From Hemiscyllium ocellatum (Eukaryota), in the NCBI RefSeq assembly GCF_020745735.1, contig NC_083437.1, positions 11,284,001-11,348,000 of the forward strand: a stretch of 64,000 nucleotides of DNA, written 5' to 3'. The notes below the pieces were generated by a model, which had not been told where the DNA came from, did no database searches, and was given only the letters and a program-made list of their open reading frames with translations. The position numbers and the translations under genes were made by a program. Positions 50,060-63,050 of this stretch are shown one piece after another; within the stretch, counting starts at the first letter, position 1, and every line of letters starts with the position of its first letter.

Positions 50060-50651
50060 AATCTGTCCTGGTCCACCCCCATTGATCCTATCGTCAAAAA
50101 AGCACAGCCGTGCCTCTACTCCCTCAGCATGTCCATAAAGAATCATCAATCTTTAAAGATGCAGCACAGAGAGCATCCGATCCAGATACATTACAGCTTT
50201 GTATAACAACTGCTTTTCCCAAGATTGCAAAAAACTACAGAGAGTTATGCACATAGCCCAATCCAACACATAAACCAACCTTCCATCTATTCACTCCATT
50301 TATACTTCCCATTGACTCGGGAGAGCAACCAGCATGATCAAGAGCCCTCCCACCCTGGTTATACTCTCTTCCATCGGGCAGAAGATACAGAAGTTTGAAA
50401 ACATGGAGGAATGCATTCAAGAACAGCTTCTTCTCCACTGTTATCAGAGGTTTGAATGGAATTCTTTAATGTTAATGTTGATCTTTGTCTGCACCTTCTT
50501 GGCAGCTGTAACACTGTACTCTGCACTCTGTCCGGTTACCCTCATGCACTGTGTATAGTAGGATCTGCCCTATAAAGCATATAAAAAGCAACACTGTTCA
50601 CTGTGCCTCAGGACATGTGGCAGTAATAAATCTAATCAAATCAAATCAAAT
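50060..50651 (+). mobile_element. Rex1/Babar-clade LINE 3' end
   Basis: Decayed VKKAQPCLYSL...QDCKKLQRV...LPSIHSIYTS...PSGRRYRSLKT...FKNSFFSTVIR; tail CATGTGGCAGTAATAAA(TCAAA)n. Confidence 0.85.
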
Positions 50652-52243
50652 ATTAGGAATATATGAATAGGTTGAAAAACATTATTTAATCATCCACTGA
50701 GTTCAAAAGGAGACTACATAGTTCATTGTCTATGTACTCCAATTACCATTAAAAGTCAGTGTGAATTGATATGGACCAAATTCAGGCAAATGGGACTGGT
50801 TTAATTGTGAAAACTGGGCAGCATGGGCAGGTAGGGCTGAAGGGTCAGTTTCCAGGCTGAAAACTTCTATGGGCCTATAACTCTGAATCGTTGTGCTCTC
50901 TGAATGAAATCATCATATTCAACCTATTTTCATATCATTGCATTGTATTTGCTGTCGTGCACCCACCTTTCTGACTACCTGGTCAATGTGGGTCTCCATG
51001 CTTCACACCCGTCTACTTTTAGCTCACCATTCACACGGCAAACAAACTCTTAATGCTGACTAGCATGTTGTCTCAGTTCACAGCACTTACTAGCACATAC
51101 CTCTCACTGCTGGCGTCATTAGTTTGTGCCCATCAGTGTTGTCAATGCCAGCACATACCTCTCTGAGTGGTATCATTGCTCACTGCTCAGCTGGACACTT
51201 GACATGCCCCTCCCCTCTCCCCCCCCAGTCACTCCACATTCTCCTCTCTCTACCTGTCAGTCAAGGAGCTGGCGGGTCCTCCAGCAACCAACTCATTCTG
51301 ATGGCCAACGTCTTCCTGCCTGCTTCTAAATCCATTCTGACCCAGCCTCTTTTCTACCCTCATCTGGGTTTCCATTTTCCTTCCCCCACTCTCTGTGCCC
51401 TCTCCATAGCCCTTCTCACCTTTGACATGGATCCTCTTTATTATCTTTTCTAACTCTCCAAAGGACTCTCTTTCCTCTCCCTTCACTGAGATTACTTTCT
51501 CCAGATGTATCTCAAGAAAGGTTAGTTAGTTATTTCAAAGAGAAAAAGTGAGCATATATATTTGTGGGACTGGATGAAGAGGAGACTCCTATGGGGTACA
51601 AACAGAAGCATAAAGTTGATGGGCTGAACGATCTGATCCTGTGCTCCTTGCTAGTGGTTTGAATCAAGTGAAAAAGTCAAAGGGAAAGGTTTCATATTGC
51701 CAATTTCCTTTCACCATGCCCAGCTCAGGATTTGAACAGAAGTTCATTCTTTTTAATGGCTCACTTTATCATTCATTATTATTCTGCCATACATGTCTTC
51801 GACATAGTGACTGAGTTTTAACTTATTTAATAAGGCATCTAATTGTCAGAGTATTAATTGCACCCCTGAGATTCACTTCCAAGGAAACAAATTGAGGTTA
51901 GCCAAATGGAGTCATTAAAATTGCTTTATATGCGTTCCATTTCAGATGTCCTGGAACCAATGCCAGAACACTTTGTGTGTTCTTTAGATGGCGATGCAGG
52001 TCAGATAGGCTATAACCACATGGTGCTCTTAACATTCTGCTGTTCCTTCACTTTTACAAAACAGCTCATCTGCACCATTTTCATGTTAAGTTTTCATTGT
52101 GCTATTGTACAAAGGTAATGTTTTACATGTTTTATGGATTAATTTTCTTCACATTAGATTGTTTGTACATTTTGGTTAATATTATTTTCTAAATGGCTCA
52201 GTGACTTACCAGTAAAATTTAGAAAACTGTTTTATTAGACATT

Positions 52244-52520
52244 GGGTGGCACGGTGGCTCAGTGGTTGGCACTGCTATCTCACAGCACCAGGGACCCAGG
52301 TTCGGTTCTACCTTTGGGTAACTGGCTGTGCAGAGTTTGCATGTTCTCCCTGTGTCTTTGTTGGTCTCCTACCACAGTCCAAAGATATACAGGTTAGGTG
52401 GATTGGCCACAGAAATCTCAGGTTACAGAAATAAGGTTGGGTGGGGAGGTGGGTGCATGTCATGGGTCAGATACTCTTTAGAGGATAGATGTAGAGTCAA
52501 TGGGCAAAATAGCCCACTTC
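52244..52520 (+). mobile_element. HE1-like V-SINE
   Basis: GGGTGGCACGGTGGCTCAGTGGTTGGCACTGCT..GGGACCCAGGTTCG. Confidence 0.88.
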
Positions 52521-52634
52521 ATTGTCATTGTCAGTGGCATTAATAATCATGGCTGTTGTAGATATTTGTGCTGAATAAGATAATATCAAATAATAAGAAT
52601 AAAATATACAGATTTTTATCAAGGAATGCTGAAT

Positions 52635-53150
52635 GTGGTGTGCAATTCTGATCTCTCTCCTATCAGAGGGATGTTGTCAAATTTGAAAGGGTTCAGAAAT
52701 GATTTACAAGGATGTTGCCAGGACTGGAAGATTTGAGCTACAAGGAGAGGCTGAATAGGCTGGAGCTGTTTTTCCTGGAACATCGGAGATTGGGGGATGA
52801 CCTTATAGACGTTGATAAAATCATAAGAGGCATGGATAGGTAAATAGACAAGGCCTTTTCCTGGGGTGAGAGAGTCTAGAACTAGAGGGCATAGGTAGAG
52901 GGCAAGAGGGGGAAAAAAACTAAAAAGGACCTAAGGGGTAACTTTTTCACGCAGAGGATGGTGCGTTTATGGAATGAGCTGCCAGGGGGAGTGGTGGAGG
53001 CTGGTACACTTGCAACATTTAAAAGGCATCTGGATAGGTATATGATTAGGAAGGGTTCAGAGGAATATGGGCCAAATGCTGACTAAATTAATTTAGGATA
53101 TCTGTTTGGCATGGACGAGTTGGACTGAAGTTGTTTCTGTGCTGTATGAT
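52635..53150 (+). mobile_element. CR1 3' fragment
   Basis: Close match to 3630-4160 (GATTTACAAGGATGTTGCCAGG..TGGAATGAGCTGCCAG). Confidence 0.9.
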
Positions 53151-53489
53151 TCCAATTACTTCTATTATCCCCATTTATAGCAGTGTCTATTTTTCTCATT
53201 ATCATTCCATAGTCTAACAGAATATAAAGCTTTTAAAAGAGATGATGCATCATTTTTAGATATGGTTCACGGACTTTATTAGAGCCTGCACTTTAGCTGC
53301 CTTTGGCGACACTAGCTTTTGCCCTATGCTAAAACCTAAATAAGTTACTCTGGCTTTTGTGAATTCACTCTTGGAAAGATGAATTACAACCACAATTGTT
53401 TAATTTTCTAATTGCTTTATATGTTCTTCCCATATATTATGGTACATTACACCCTCATCTGAGTAAACCACGCAGTTCAGCACTTCAGT

Positions 53490-53715
53490 TATGACAGTGA
53501 TATCAGACAGATTAAAGAATGATCAGACAGTGTGAAGAGTGATGCCAGGTATTATGAATGTTCCGAATTAAGATGGAGTGAAGAGTGATACTGAGTAGTA
53601 TAAAGAATATCAGAGAGTGGAAAGATTATTAGAGAGTGTGCAGATTGTTATCAGATGATAGGAAGGCTATCAGACAATGTGTACAGTGTTATCAGACATG
53701 TCAGAAGTGTTCTGA
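53490..53715 (+). repeat. degenerate ~20-23-bp minisatellite (ATCAGACAGTGTGAAGAGTG-like)
   Basis: Recurrent TATCAGA(C/G)A and GTGAAGAGTGAT. Confidence 0.55.
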
Positions 53716-55233
53716 AATCTGTACAATGAGGATAAACCAACTGAAAATTATGGTGTTTAGCAGTGCTGTAATTGTCTGGTCTTTTCCCATTAATGCTATT
53801 CCACCATGAATTAAATAACTGAAATTTAATAACACACCCATTACTGCTGTGGATACTTAATTCACTGAATATTGTTAACCATTCTTCACTTTGCTTGAAA
53901 TTATGCTTATGATGACATTCTGTTAAGAATGCTGGGAGGTTTCCTTTTTAAGAGTTACCATTACCCAGAAAGAGGGAATTTGTCTTTTATTTCCAGCTTC
54001 ACAAGTTGATACATTGAGTGACATTGAAACATGTCATTTTGTATGTTGCATAGTGGTAATGACACCCTGTTTTTCTGGCTCATCAATAAGATCTCTCTGG
54101 CAGATACTCGTCTGTTCCTTCACCAATACACCTTTATGAAATACATTCACTATAACACATAATTAGCTAATTGCATCATTAACATGTGCACTTTTGAGTG
54201 GGTTTAGAATTAATGCAGCTGTTGATAATTACAGTACAAAGACCTTAAATTGAGGCCCATTTCGAAGAGAATAGTGTTAACTAGTGGTTTGTATAATGTG
54301 CAGAGATTAGCACTATCCTGGCACAAAACTGAGAGATTAGCCTATAACATTACACTGCCAAGTCAAGCCTAACCTTCTGGAAATCTCAAAGTATTCAAAC
54401 AATTTGCATGTTACCTTAATAAATCAAATTATTGAAGAGTCCATTCCTTTCCATGTTTCCCAACACTATTGCCTCTGCCTGAACACTTCTGCTCCTCATT
54501 CTTCCCAGTTTCCTTCTCATGATGTTGATTAGATCTTTTCCATTTTCTTCATCTTCCTCTTATCTTGTCTCTCCTTTCATACATGACAGAATCTCTCTTG
54601 CGCTTACATTACATTTTGATGTTTAATCAGATGCATTTCATTTACATGAGCAGCAACTCACTTTCCAAATGAGATCACATTTCCTACAGATCAAATTACA
54701 CAATATATTAGATAACGTCGTGGAAGAAAGTTTCTATAAACATCGAAGATCGAAAGTATAATAAATAATACATTGCAATAGTTTACTGAATACAACTTTT
54801 CGTTACAAAAATAACATTAGTATGACACTTTGCTGATCTCTTCCAGCATGGTTCTTTGAAATTCAACGAATCAAGGTGAATAAATGTATGTCACTTATAC
54901 TCTTGCTGTATAATGTGCCATTTTCCTTGATGACCACTGTGGTACCTTATGGTTTTTGCCATCACTACCAGTGAGTGCATGACACTGGGTAAGAGATATT
55001 TTAGGTGGTTCATTGCCACTGATCTTCTTTGCCTTTAATTTGTCTTGGGAACAGTGGTAGAGGAATCTATACAGATGAGATGCTGTTCCCAGGTGACATG
55101 GGCGTTTATTGTATAACAGCAGTAAGGACAACTAATTTTGATTAGGCTAAATTACTAGGATTTAGGGAGTGGGTACAGATATATCTGTTCCCTCCAAAAG
55201 CTAGATTAGAACTCCTTGTCTCCAAACTGTGTG

Positions 55234-55956
55234 TGTGACTACAATAGAATAGCTAGAGTCAATGTCACATAAACTTTAATCGCTTCTAATATAAGTACAA
55301 AATATATGCCATAATCTGTTAAAATTCAAGGTGCAAAGAATTATCTGAGGTAAATATTTCAGGTAAAAATTAACAACTTTATTCTTTAAGTCCATTGAAG
55401 AATATTAAAACTAACAACTATTTACAATTCCTTTCTCTTAAACCTTTTTTCCCTCCCACTCTACAATACTAGTCAAAAAAAACACCAATTGAGATTACAA
55501 AAAAAGTTACATTTCAAAACCAGTTAGTTTTGCCAAGTTTCCTCTGTACTTTCTCTCCAGATCAGTTTCTTTGTTCTGCTGTGCAAACATCTTCCACAGA
55601 TAGGTACTTCTCAGAGAGCTCTTAAACTCGCAGCCTACATCTGGTGGTCTTTTGGCAGTTCTCTCTCAACTGTTCACAATGTCTGGTTTTATACCACAAA
55701 ATATCGGATCATTTCATTGGTTTTAATATTATCCTAATACTAAATTCAAACTTGATTGAAGTTTGGCATCATGGGGCATAATTTAAACTGATTGGCCAAA
55801 CTTAAATTTGTTTTTGTTTTAAGACAACCCAGCTACTCTGTTTGTGTTGACCATGTGTTACATTGTTACCTTGTTCAGAACACTTTGTGCTATGTCAGGC
55901 AGTTCTGCTAGCTTTTAACTCTCTTAAAGGTACAGTGACTCTGCATCATCATAACA
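55234..55956 (-). mobile_element. putative solo LTR
   Basis: Minus strand starts TGTTATGA and ends GTCACA, with CCAAT (~55795), TATAAAA (55687-55693) and AATAAA (55378-55383) in LTR order; no clear TSD. Confidence 0.45.
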
Positions 55957-56689
55957 AGTTCAACAAACTGTTTTCATTGCTTTAAAAGCTTTATTTCATT
56001 CAAGAAAGCTCTGAACATAAGCTGTACAAAAAGCTTTTGATTGATTTTTTTTTCCAAGAACTGTTAAATCAGAAAGCAAGCTAATCATTTTTTAAAATAA
56101 AAAGATAAGGCTTCATTGAACGTACCTTTTATAGAGAATGAAGAGTAGGTCCATCTTCAGACTATTCAAGTTATAGATCCGTACATACAGAAATTAGTGC
56201 TTTGGTTTCCTGAAATCTTTGAGGTCCAAGACTTCTTTTTATCTGACACTCAATGAGGTTTCCAAGTGTCTACCACTTAGAACTTGACCTCCTTTATAGA
56301 CAGATATCACTGCTTACTATGAAATGTCACTGTGGTGTGGACTTTGCCTCCAGCAGAATATTTATACTGAATGCCTATGGTAGATCTCATAACATAAGAA
56401 CTAGAAGATGTAAAGTTTCAACAGACATGTATGAAAGCTCTGGATTCTTACTTAAATTACAGATAGTGATATTTCAGTGCCTGGACTAATATTATATCTT
56501 CCAGTTCCAGAAAATAGCACAATTTCAGTATGTCATGCTTCAAGTGAGGCCAGTTAAGTTGAAATCTGAGACTTTTATATCATCAGATCACACACCGTGA
56601 GAGGGTGATAGTATAATGAACATGTATCTGAAAATAAGGCTTCTAACTGTGAGACATAACATAGGATCTTTAGAAATGGTGAGAAACTC

Positions 56690-57100
56690 TTTGAGGGTGG
56701 TTCTGGGAATGAGGGACCTCAGTTATATTGGACAGGTTAGAGATGTGAAGCCTGCTCTGCTTAAACAAGAGACAGTTGAGGGGAGATTTGACAGAAGGAT
56801 TCAAAATCATGAGGACAGAGTAGTGTGAGTCAAACTGGCCCATTGGTAGAAGAATCAAGAAGCAGAGGGTACTGAGTAAATTTGATTGAGAAAATGACCA
56901 AAGATAATATCAGAATAAATGTTTTTATGCAGTGAGTATTTAGGACTGAAAATTCACTGCCTGAGTGGGTGGGGATTCAATGGTGGCTTCTCAAAAGAGA
57001 ATTGGATAAGCATCCAAAGAGAAAGGATTTACACTTCCTTGAGGAGTGGGGCTTGGGGACTGGGACTAGCCGCATTATTCCTTAAGAAACAAAGGGCACC
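56690..57100 (+). mobile_element. highly degenerate CR1 3' fragment
   Basis: GGAATGAGGGACCTCAGTTAT..GTTGAGGGGAGATTTGACAGAAG. Confidence 0.6.
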
Positions 57101-58556
57101 GTATGACATAGAATTATAGAATCCCTACAGTGTGGAAACAGACCATTTGGCCCAACATATGAGAAAGGCAACTGATGGTGGCTTAAACTGAGGGTCAGCA
57201 CATCACAAGGAGAGGTGGCAAGGTTGGGTATGATGGGCTTTTATGGTAACCTCAGAGAGCATAGAAAATGAATCAACACTGTTGGTGTCACTTTGCATCA
57301 TAAACCTTTTGAAGAGTAACCCACCCAGACCCATTTCCCTGACTAATCCCAGAATGTCAAATGGACCCTCTCTGTGTTGTCCCTACACTGGAATATAAAA
57401 GGAAATGGCTCAGTGTTCAAGCACAGTGGGAATCTATAGTGCAATTGTAGTGTCCATACCTCTGGATCGGGAGGCTTAGGTTTAAGCCCTGCCTCCTTCA
57501 GCAGAGTATGATGCATCAAAATGCAAGCTGATTAGGAAAATATCGACTGAGGCAGCTTAGCAATCTCATCAATGGGCAAAGGTCAGTACAAAAAAATTAA
57601 AAGGACCAAGAAAGAGCTTTTTTAACAAAAAAAAAGCAAAGTAATATTCCTAAAACCATACAGAAATAATGTGTTGAATCTGGAGGCTTTGTCGAAAAGC
57701 TTGACTTAGTTCTTTCTGTAAATCAATAGAATAAACATAAAGCAATTTCTATGAAGGATGGGCAGGTTGCTAGGTTACCGCCCGCAATGCAAAGTTGGAA
57801 ATCACCTGTAATTTTGTTTTTGTCTGCCTGAGAAGTAAGACAGTACTTGTTACTGTGGTATGGAATATTTCTTTCACTTAACCACTTTATTCCTGTTCCC
57901 ACATGCTTTGTCTGCTAAACCATTAACAAAAGCTGCTGTCTTGTCCTACCAATGTCAGAGATTACGAAAGGGCCTTATGACAGGATCGGACACCTTGGAG
58001 CTAGAAGCATTTAGGCACAGGCTCAATTTCTGTCCACTCAGTGTATCGGTTGGTTTGCTTGGTTGGCTGGATAGCTGGTTTATGACACAAAGTGATACCA
58101 ACAGTGTCAGTTCATTTTCTGTACTATCTGAGATGATCATAAAAGCCCATCCTACCAACCTTGCTATCTTTTCTTGTGATATTCTGACCCTCAGGTTAAG
58201 CCGCCATCAGCTGCCTTTCTTAAATGAAAGAGTGTGGGGTTATGGCTATTTACCCAGGCCTGAATGCAAGATGAGAGCAGTCCCCTAGAATACAAAAACA
58301 GAGACTGTTTGGGGGAAGATGTTTATATGTTTCAATGGAGTTGGCTCTGAAGCAAGATGAGTCCAATAGCCAATGTCATCCTTAAGAATTTCTCATTGCA
58401 TGGGTTTATAAATATGAAAGCATGTCAGAGTAAGGAGGCTTTTGATGAGGGAAGTAAACTAAAGGTAAAAATCAAAATAATGGTAAAGGACCTTTTACAT
58501 TACCACACATTACCACAAAGTCAATGATACTTTGGCCAAAATCTTGGCTGTAAATT

Positions 58557-59422
58557 TGGAGGTAGGTTTGTGTATGATCAACATCCACAAACGAAGCTGC
58601 ACCAGAACATTATTTCAATGAGCCAACACACACTGCAGCACAGAGGAGCTATACAGAACACAGGAAAATCACCTATACCACGTATTCAAATAGAACAGTT
58701 ACCCAATGAACACAGTCCGCTGATTTCTCAACAACAAACCCAAACAAGCAGACAAACCACGTCCAGAAACCCTAGCCACGCTCCCGTACATCAAAGACAT
58801 CTCGGAAATGACTGCCAGACTACTCAGACCCTTTAGCATCATGGTATCCCACAAACTCACCAACACACTAAAACAACAGCTAATGATCTTGAAAGACCCT
58901 ATACAGACAACAAGCAAAACTAATGTCATTTGCAAAATACCGTGTTAGGACTGTAACAAACACTTAATTGAAAAAACAGGCAGAAAACTAGCCATCAGGC
59001 TACATGAACGTCAACTAGTTGCAAAAAGACATGACCCTCTCTCACTAGCATCCTTACACACAGATGAGGGAGGACACCACTTCAACTGGGACAACACATC
59101 CATCCTTGGACAAGCCAAACAGAGATATGCACGAGAATTCCTAGAAGCATGGCATTCCAACTGGAACTCTATCAACAAACATATTGAGTTAGACCACTGA
59201 GAAAAAGAACAGGAAGTGACTTCACCACAGGAAATGACATCACCTATTCAAAGAAACCCAAACATATAAATCGAAAACAGGACTTATCAGCAGTGCTTTG
59301 CCTGAGGCCCACTGAAAATGTTACCGAGAAGGGTGATGAAACATCTGGAATTGAACCTTCTAGCTCAGCGAGCAAACCTACATCTAGATCCTCAACCTGA
59401 GATACAAATCTTCTCAAAACTG
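58557..59422 (+). mobile_element. Penelope/Poseidon-type PLE 3' fragment: GIY-YIG endonuclease and pLTR with hammerhead relic, family 4
   Basis: KTNVICKIPC*DCNKHLIEKTGRKLAIRLHE...GHHFNWDNTSILGQAKQRYAREFLEAWHS. Hammerhead relic CCA-CTGAAAA-..-GAAACATC-TGG at 59309-59348. 14-bp TSD CTTGGCTGTAAATT at 58543-58556 and 59423-59436. Short inverted pLTR piece at the 5' end. Confidence 0.92.
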
Positions 59423-60389
59423 CTTGGCTGTAAATTCTCTGGCTAATCAGTCTCCCTGCTGAGATAGCTATGTAAAAGGCATCTGGATGGGTTCAGGGAT
59501 AAAAAGATTTCAGAGGGATATGAGCCAAATGTGGCAAATGAGATTAAATTCATTTGGGATGTCTAGTTGACATGGATGAGTTTGACCGAACGGTCAGGTT
59601 TTTTGCTGTGCTCATCTATGACTCTATAGAAGGCCTCTATTTCTAGTCTTGATACTTCAGAACGTGTAGGGGATTATAATTACTGGCACTGGAAGATAAT
59701 CACACACAGTAGATATTGTTTCCATTCTGGGATCTTGACGTTTATCGCTCCTTGTGCGTAGTTTATAATTTTGCTACTCCCAAAGGTGTTCATTAAGGTT
59801 TAGTTAGCGATGAGCATTTATGCTACTTTAATGCTGTCATCTGTCTTCTGTGGCTTGGTTTTATGAGCAGCAAAGCACAGAGTATCCCCATTTTTATTGC
59901 ACAACCTAAAGGTGAGTAACTGAGAAAACTACTTGCAGCTGTAAGGCTGCATTTTAACCCACATCACAGAGGTCAGATACTGGCTAGTTTGTGGATTTGC
60001 CTGTCTCCATTCAGATATCAAGCACTGAAACTGTGTATGATCGCAAAACAAACTCAACTTTTACTTCTCTGGCTTTCATCTTCCTTGACAATTCTTGAAA
60101 TGTCCTTTATCATTACAATGGAATAATTGACGAGCACCCTGCTGGCCAGTTGAGCATCATCTCAGTTGGAGTTCAATCAAGGAAAGGTTGGCATTTCTCT
60201 CTTGCCTGTTGTGACCACCAGATGTCATAAAGTGCTTGAGATATTTTTGAATTCATGCCACTATGTAATATAGGAAGTGCAGATGCTATGTTGCACACAG
60301 AAATTGACACTGATTGACAGATGGCTTTTCTTTGAAATAGTACAAAGTTTATTTTTATATCTACTGGAAAAGACTGGTATGGAAACTCA

Positions 60390-60552
60390 CTTTAAGGCAT
60401 CATCTAAAAGATAGCACCTCTGGCTGTTCAAATGCCACTTAGTAGTGCATTGAAGAGTCAACTTAAATGTTATACTCAAGTCTTGAAGTGAGACTTGAAC
60501 ACAAAACACTCTGCCTCACAGAGGCAAGCTAGATACCAGACCACAGCTGACA
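60390..60552 (-). mobile_element. Deu-domain-type SINE 5' part
   Basis: CTCAAGTCTTGAAGTGAGACTTGAAC..CAGAGGC..CACAGCTGACA; related copy at 61820-61960. Confidence 0.55.
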
Positions 60553-60879
60553 TGTAATGGTAAGGCTGATGCCTCTGACCCAGAGGGCTAGAGGTTTGAG
60601 ACTCATTCATGAGCATTGTAAATGATGGACGAGAATCGCAGAGAGAGGAGGTGAGTTACTCATCCAACTTAGCTGACATAGGGCTAATGTCTGCGTTCTC
60701 TCCAGTTGATCATTGCTGGACCCCAACTTAGCAATGAGGGAAACCTACCAGCTCGGCCATTTTCAGAGGGTTTTCAATGAGGCTGCAATGAAAGGTTGGT
60801 AGAACTCAGAACAGATTGCCTTGCCTCCTTTGGTTGAGGTTAGACAGTGACAATCTAGTTCCTGGTGGTCCCCAATTCT

Positions 60880-61460
60880 ACATGTTCATACCTGGCACAA
60901 TGGAAGATGGTTGTGGTTGTTGGAGGTCAGTCACCTCAGCTCCAGGATGTCTCTGCAGGAGCTCCTCAGGGCAGTGTCCTAGGCCCAATCATCTTCAGCT
61001 ACTTCATCAACAACCTTCCCTCATCATAAAGTCAGAAATGGGGATGCTCCCTAATGATTGTATAACATTCAGTACCATTACTGATTTCTCAATTACTGAA
61101 GCAGTCCATGTTCAAATGTATCAAAACCTGGACAACATCCAGACGCGTCTGGTAAGTAGTAAATAACATTCCATACAAATGCCAGGCAATGATCATTCCA
61201 AGATGAGAGAATCAAGCCACCTTATCCTGGTGTTCAATGGCATTACCATTGCTGAATTCTCCACTAACAATATCCTGAACTGACCATTGTCACAAACCGA
61301 GCTGGAGTAGCCATTTAAGCACATCGGCTTGAAGAGCAGGTCAGAGGCTAGGAATCTCTGTAGTGAGTAGCTTACCTCCTGATGTCCCAGAGTCTTTCCA
61401 CCATCTACAAAGCACACGTCCGCATTGTGATGGAATACTCCCCACTTGCTTGGACAAATG
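60880..61460 (+). mobile_element. CR1/L2-group LINE RT fragment (second family)
   Basis: [35 protein letters not shown]-like motifs across frames; TGTGATGGAATACTCCCCACTTG. Confidence 0.85.
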
Positions 61461-61489
61461 CAGTCTAACCCACCTTGCCTACACATCCT

Positions 61490-61690
61490 TAGACAGTACA
61501 AGGTAACTTAGTATGGCCAGTCCACCTAACCCACACATCATTGGAATCTGGGAGGAAATCAAAGCCTCCAGAGGAAAACCACCCAGACCCAGGGAGAATG
61601 TGCAAACTCCAATCACCCGAGGCTAGAATTAAACCCGGTTCCATGGGGCTGTGAGGCAGCAGTGCTAACCACTGGGCCACCTTGCTGCCT
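61490..61690 (-). mobile_element. HE1-like V-SINE 5' part
   Basis: GGGAGAATGTGCAAACTCC..GTGAGGCAGCAGTGCTAACCACTG. Confidence 0.85.
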
Positions 61691-62574
61691 GTCCATGAAA
61701 TGGGTTGCATGAGGATTCCTTTGGTCTTTTCCAAATGGCTATGGCGATTCTCTGAACGGCAATGGGAGCACACCTCCTGCCCACCCTTTGGAGCTTTTCC
61801 CAAATCCTGTGTGGTGGAATATTTAAGCCATCTTGTGAGAGATGTCATTCCCCAGCAATGCTACTCTGGATTATCAGGCGAGATTGTGTGCTCAGGAACT
61901 TGGAGTGCAACTCAAACCAACAACTCCCTGACTCAGAGGTGAGAGGCACTACTGAAGCAAAGTGTGATAAATAAACAAGCTGAGCTTGACATGGATGGAA
62001 GGAGAAAATTTTCTGGTATCCCGTGTCCTGATGTCACATTCAAGACAGTTGTAAATGTTTGCTATAGCATTGAACAAAAGAATGTCATAACCTTATTGAT
62101 TATGAGAAGAAAGAAAAATTTCTCCCCTTTCAGTACTTCCAACCCTTATGTTAAAGAATACAGATACCTGAACCAAGTTTAAACAATAACCATACAAACA
62201 TCCAAGTACTGATTACTTGATTGTGAGCATTCCCTGCAGTAAACTAGATCCAAATTGTAGAATTTGTTTTATATCTAAGGGCCAGTCCCTTTGCGGATTT
62301 GAGAGCCCATTGGCACTTCTTTGAGACTGAACTAAATGCTGAGAATTGACAGTACAGCTCAGCATCCTAGGTGTTACACCTGGTCTTGAACTAATTTCCT
62401 ATCCACAGTGCAACCCTTAGTAAGGATGAAGTGGAGAAGGATAGAAGATCTCGCGAGAGAAGCTGAGGTTTTTCTGCTGCCTTGTCTCTGGCACTGACAT
62501 CAGTTGTAGCTTCAATACTTAAGGCTCAGCCATTGTTTACCTCTGTACAGAATAGCAATCGCAATAGGGGACGT

Positions 62575-63050
62575 AGAGTCACAGTGTCATAGAGATGTAT
62601 AGCACCAAAACAGACCCTTCTGTCCAACTTCTCCATGCCAATCAGGTATTCTATATTAATCTAGTCCCACTTGCCAGTATTTGGGCAATGTCCCTTTAAA
62701 CTCTTCCTATTCATATACCCATCCAGCTGCCTTTTAAAAATGTTGTAATTGTACCAACTTCCACCACTTCCTCTGGCAGCTCATTCCACACACGCACCAC
62801 CCTCTGTGTGAAAAGGTTACCCTTAAATCCCTTTGTAACACTTCCCATCTCATCTTAAACATGTACCCTCTAGTTTTGAGCTCTGCCACCCCTTGGCTAC
62901 TCATTCTATCCAGGCCTCTCATGATTTTAAAAAGCTCTATTAGGTCACCCCTTAGCCTCTGATACTCCAGGGAAAACAGCCCCAGCCTATTCAGCTTCTC
63001 CCTATAGCTCAAACCCTCCAACCCTGGCAACATCCTGGTAAATCTTTACT
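62575..63050 (-). mobile_element. CR1 3' fragment, cut by the adjacent PLE
   Basis: ORF 62734-63033 (MLPGLEGLSYREKLNRLGLFSLEYQRLRGDLIE). Confidence 0.92.
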
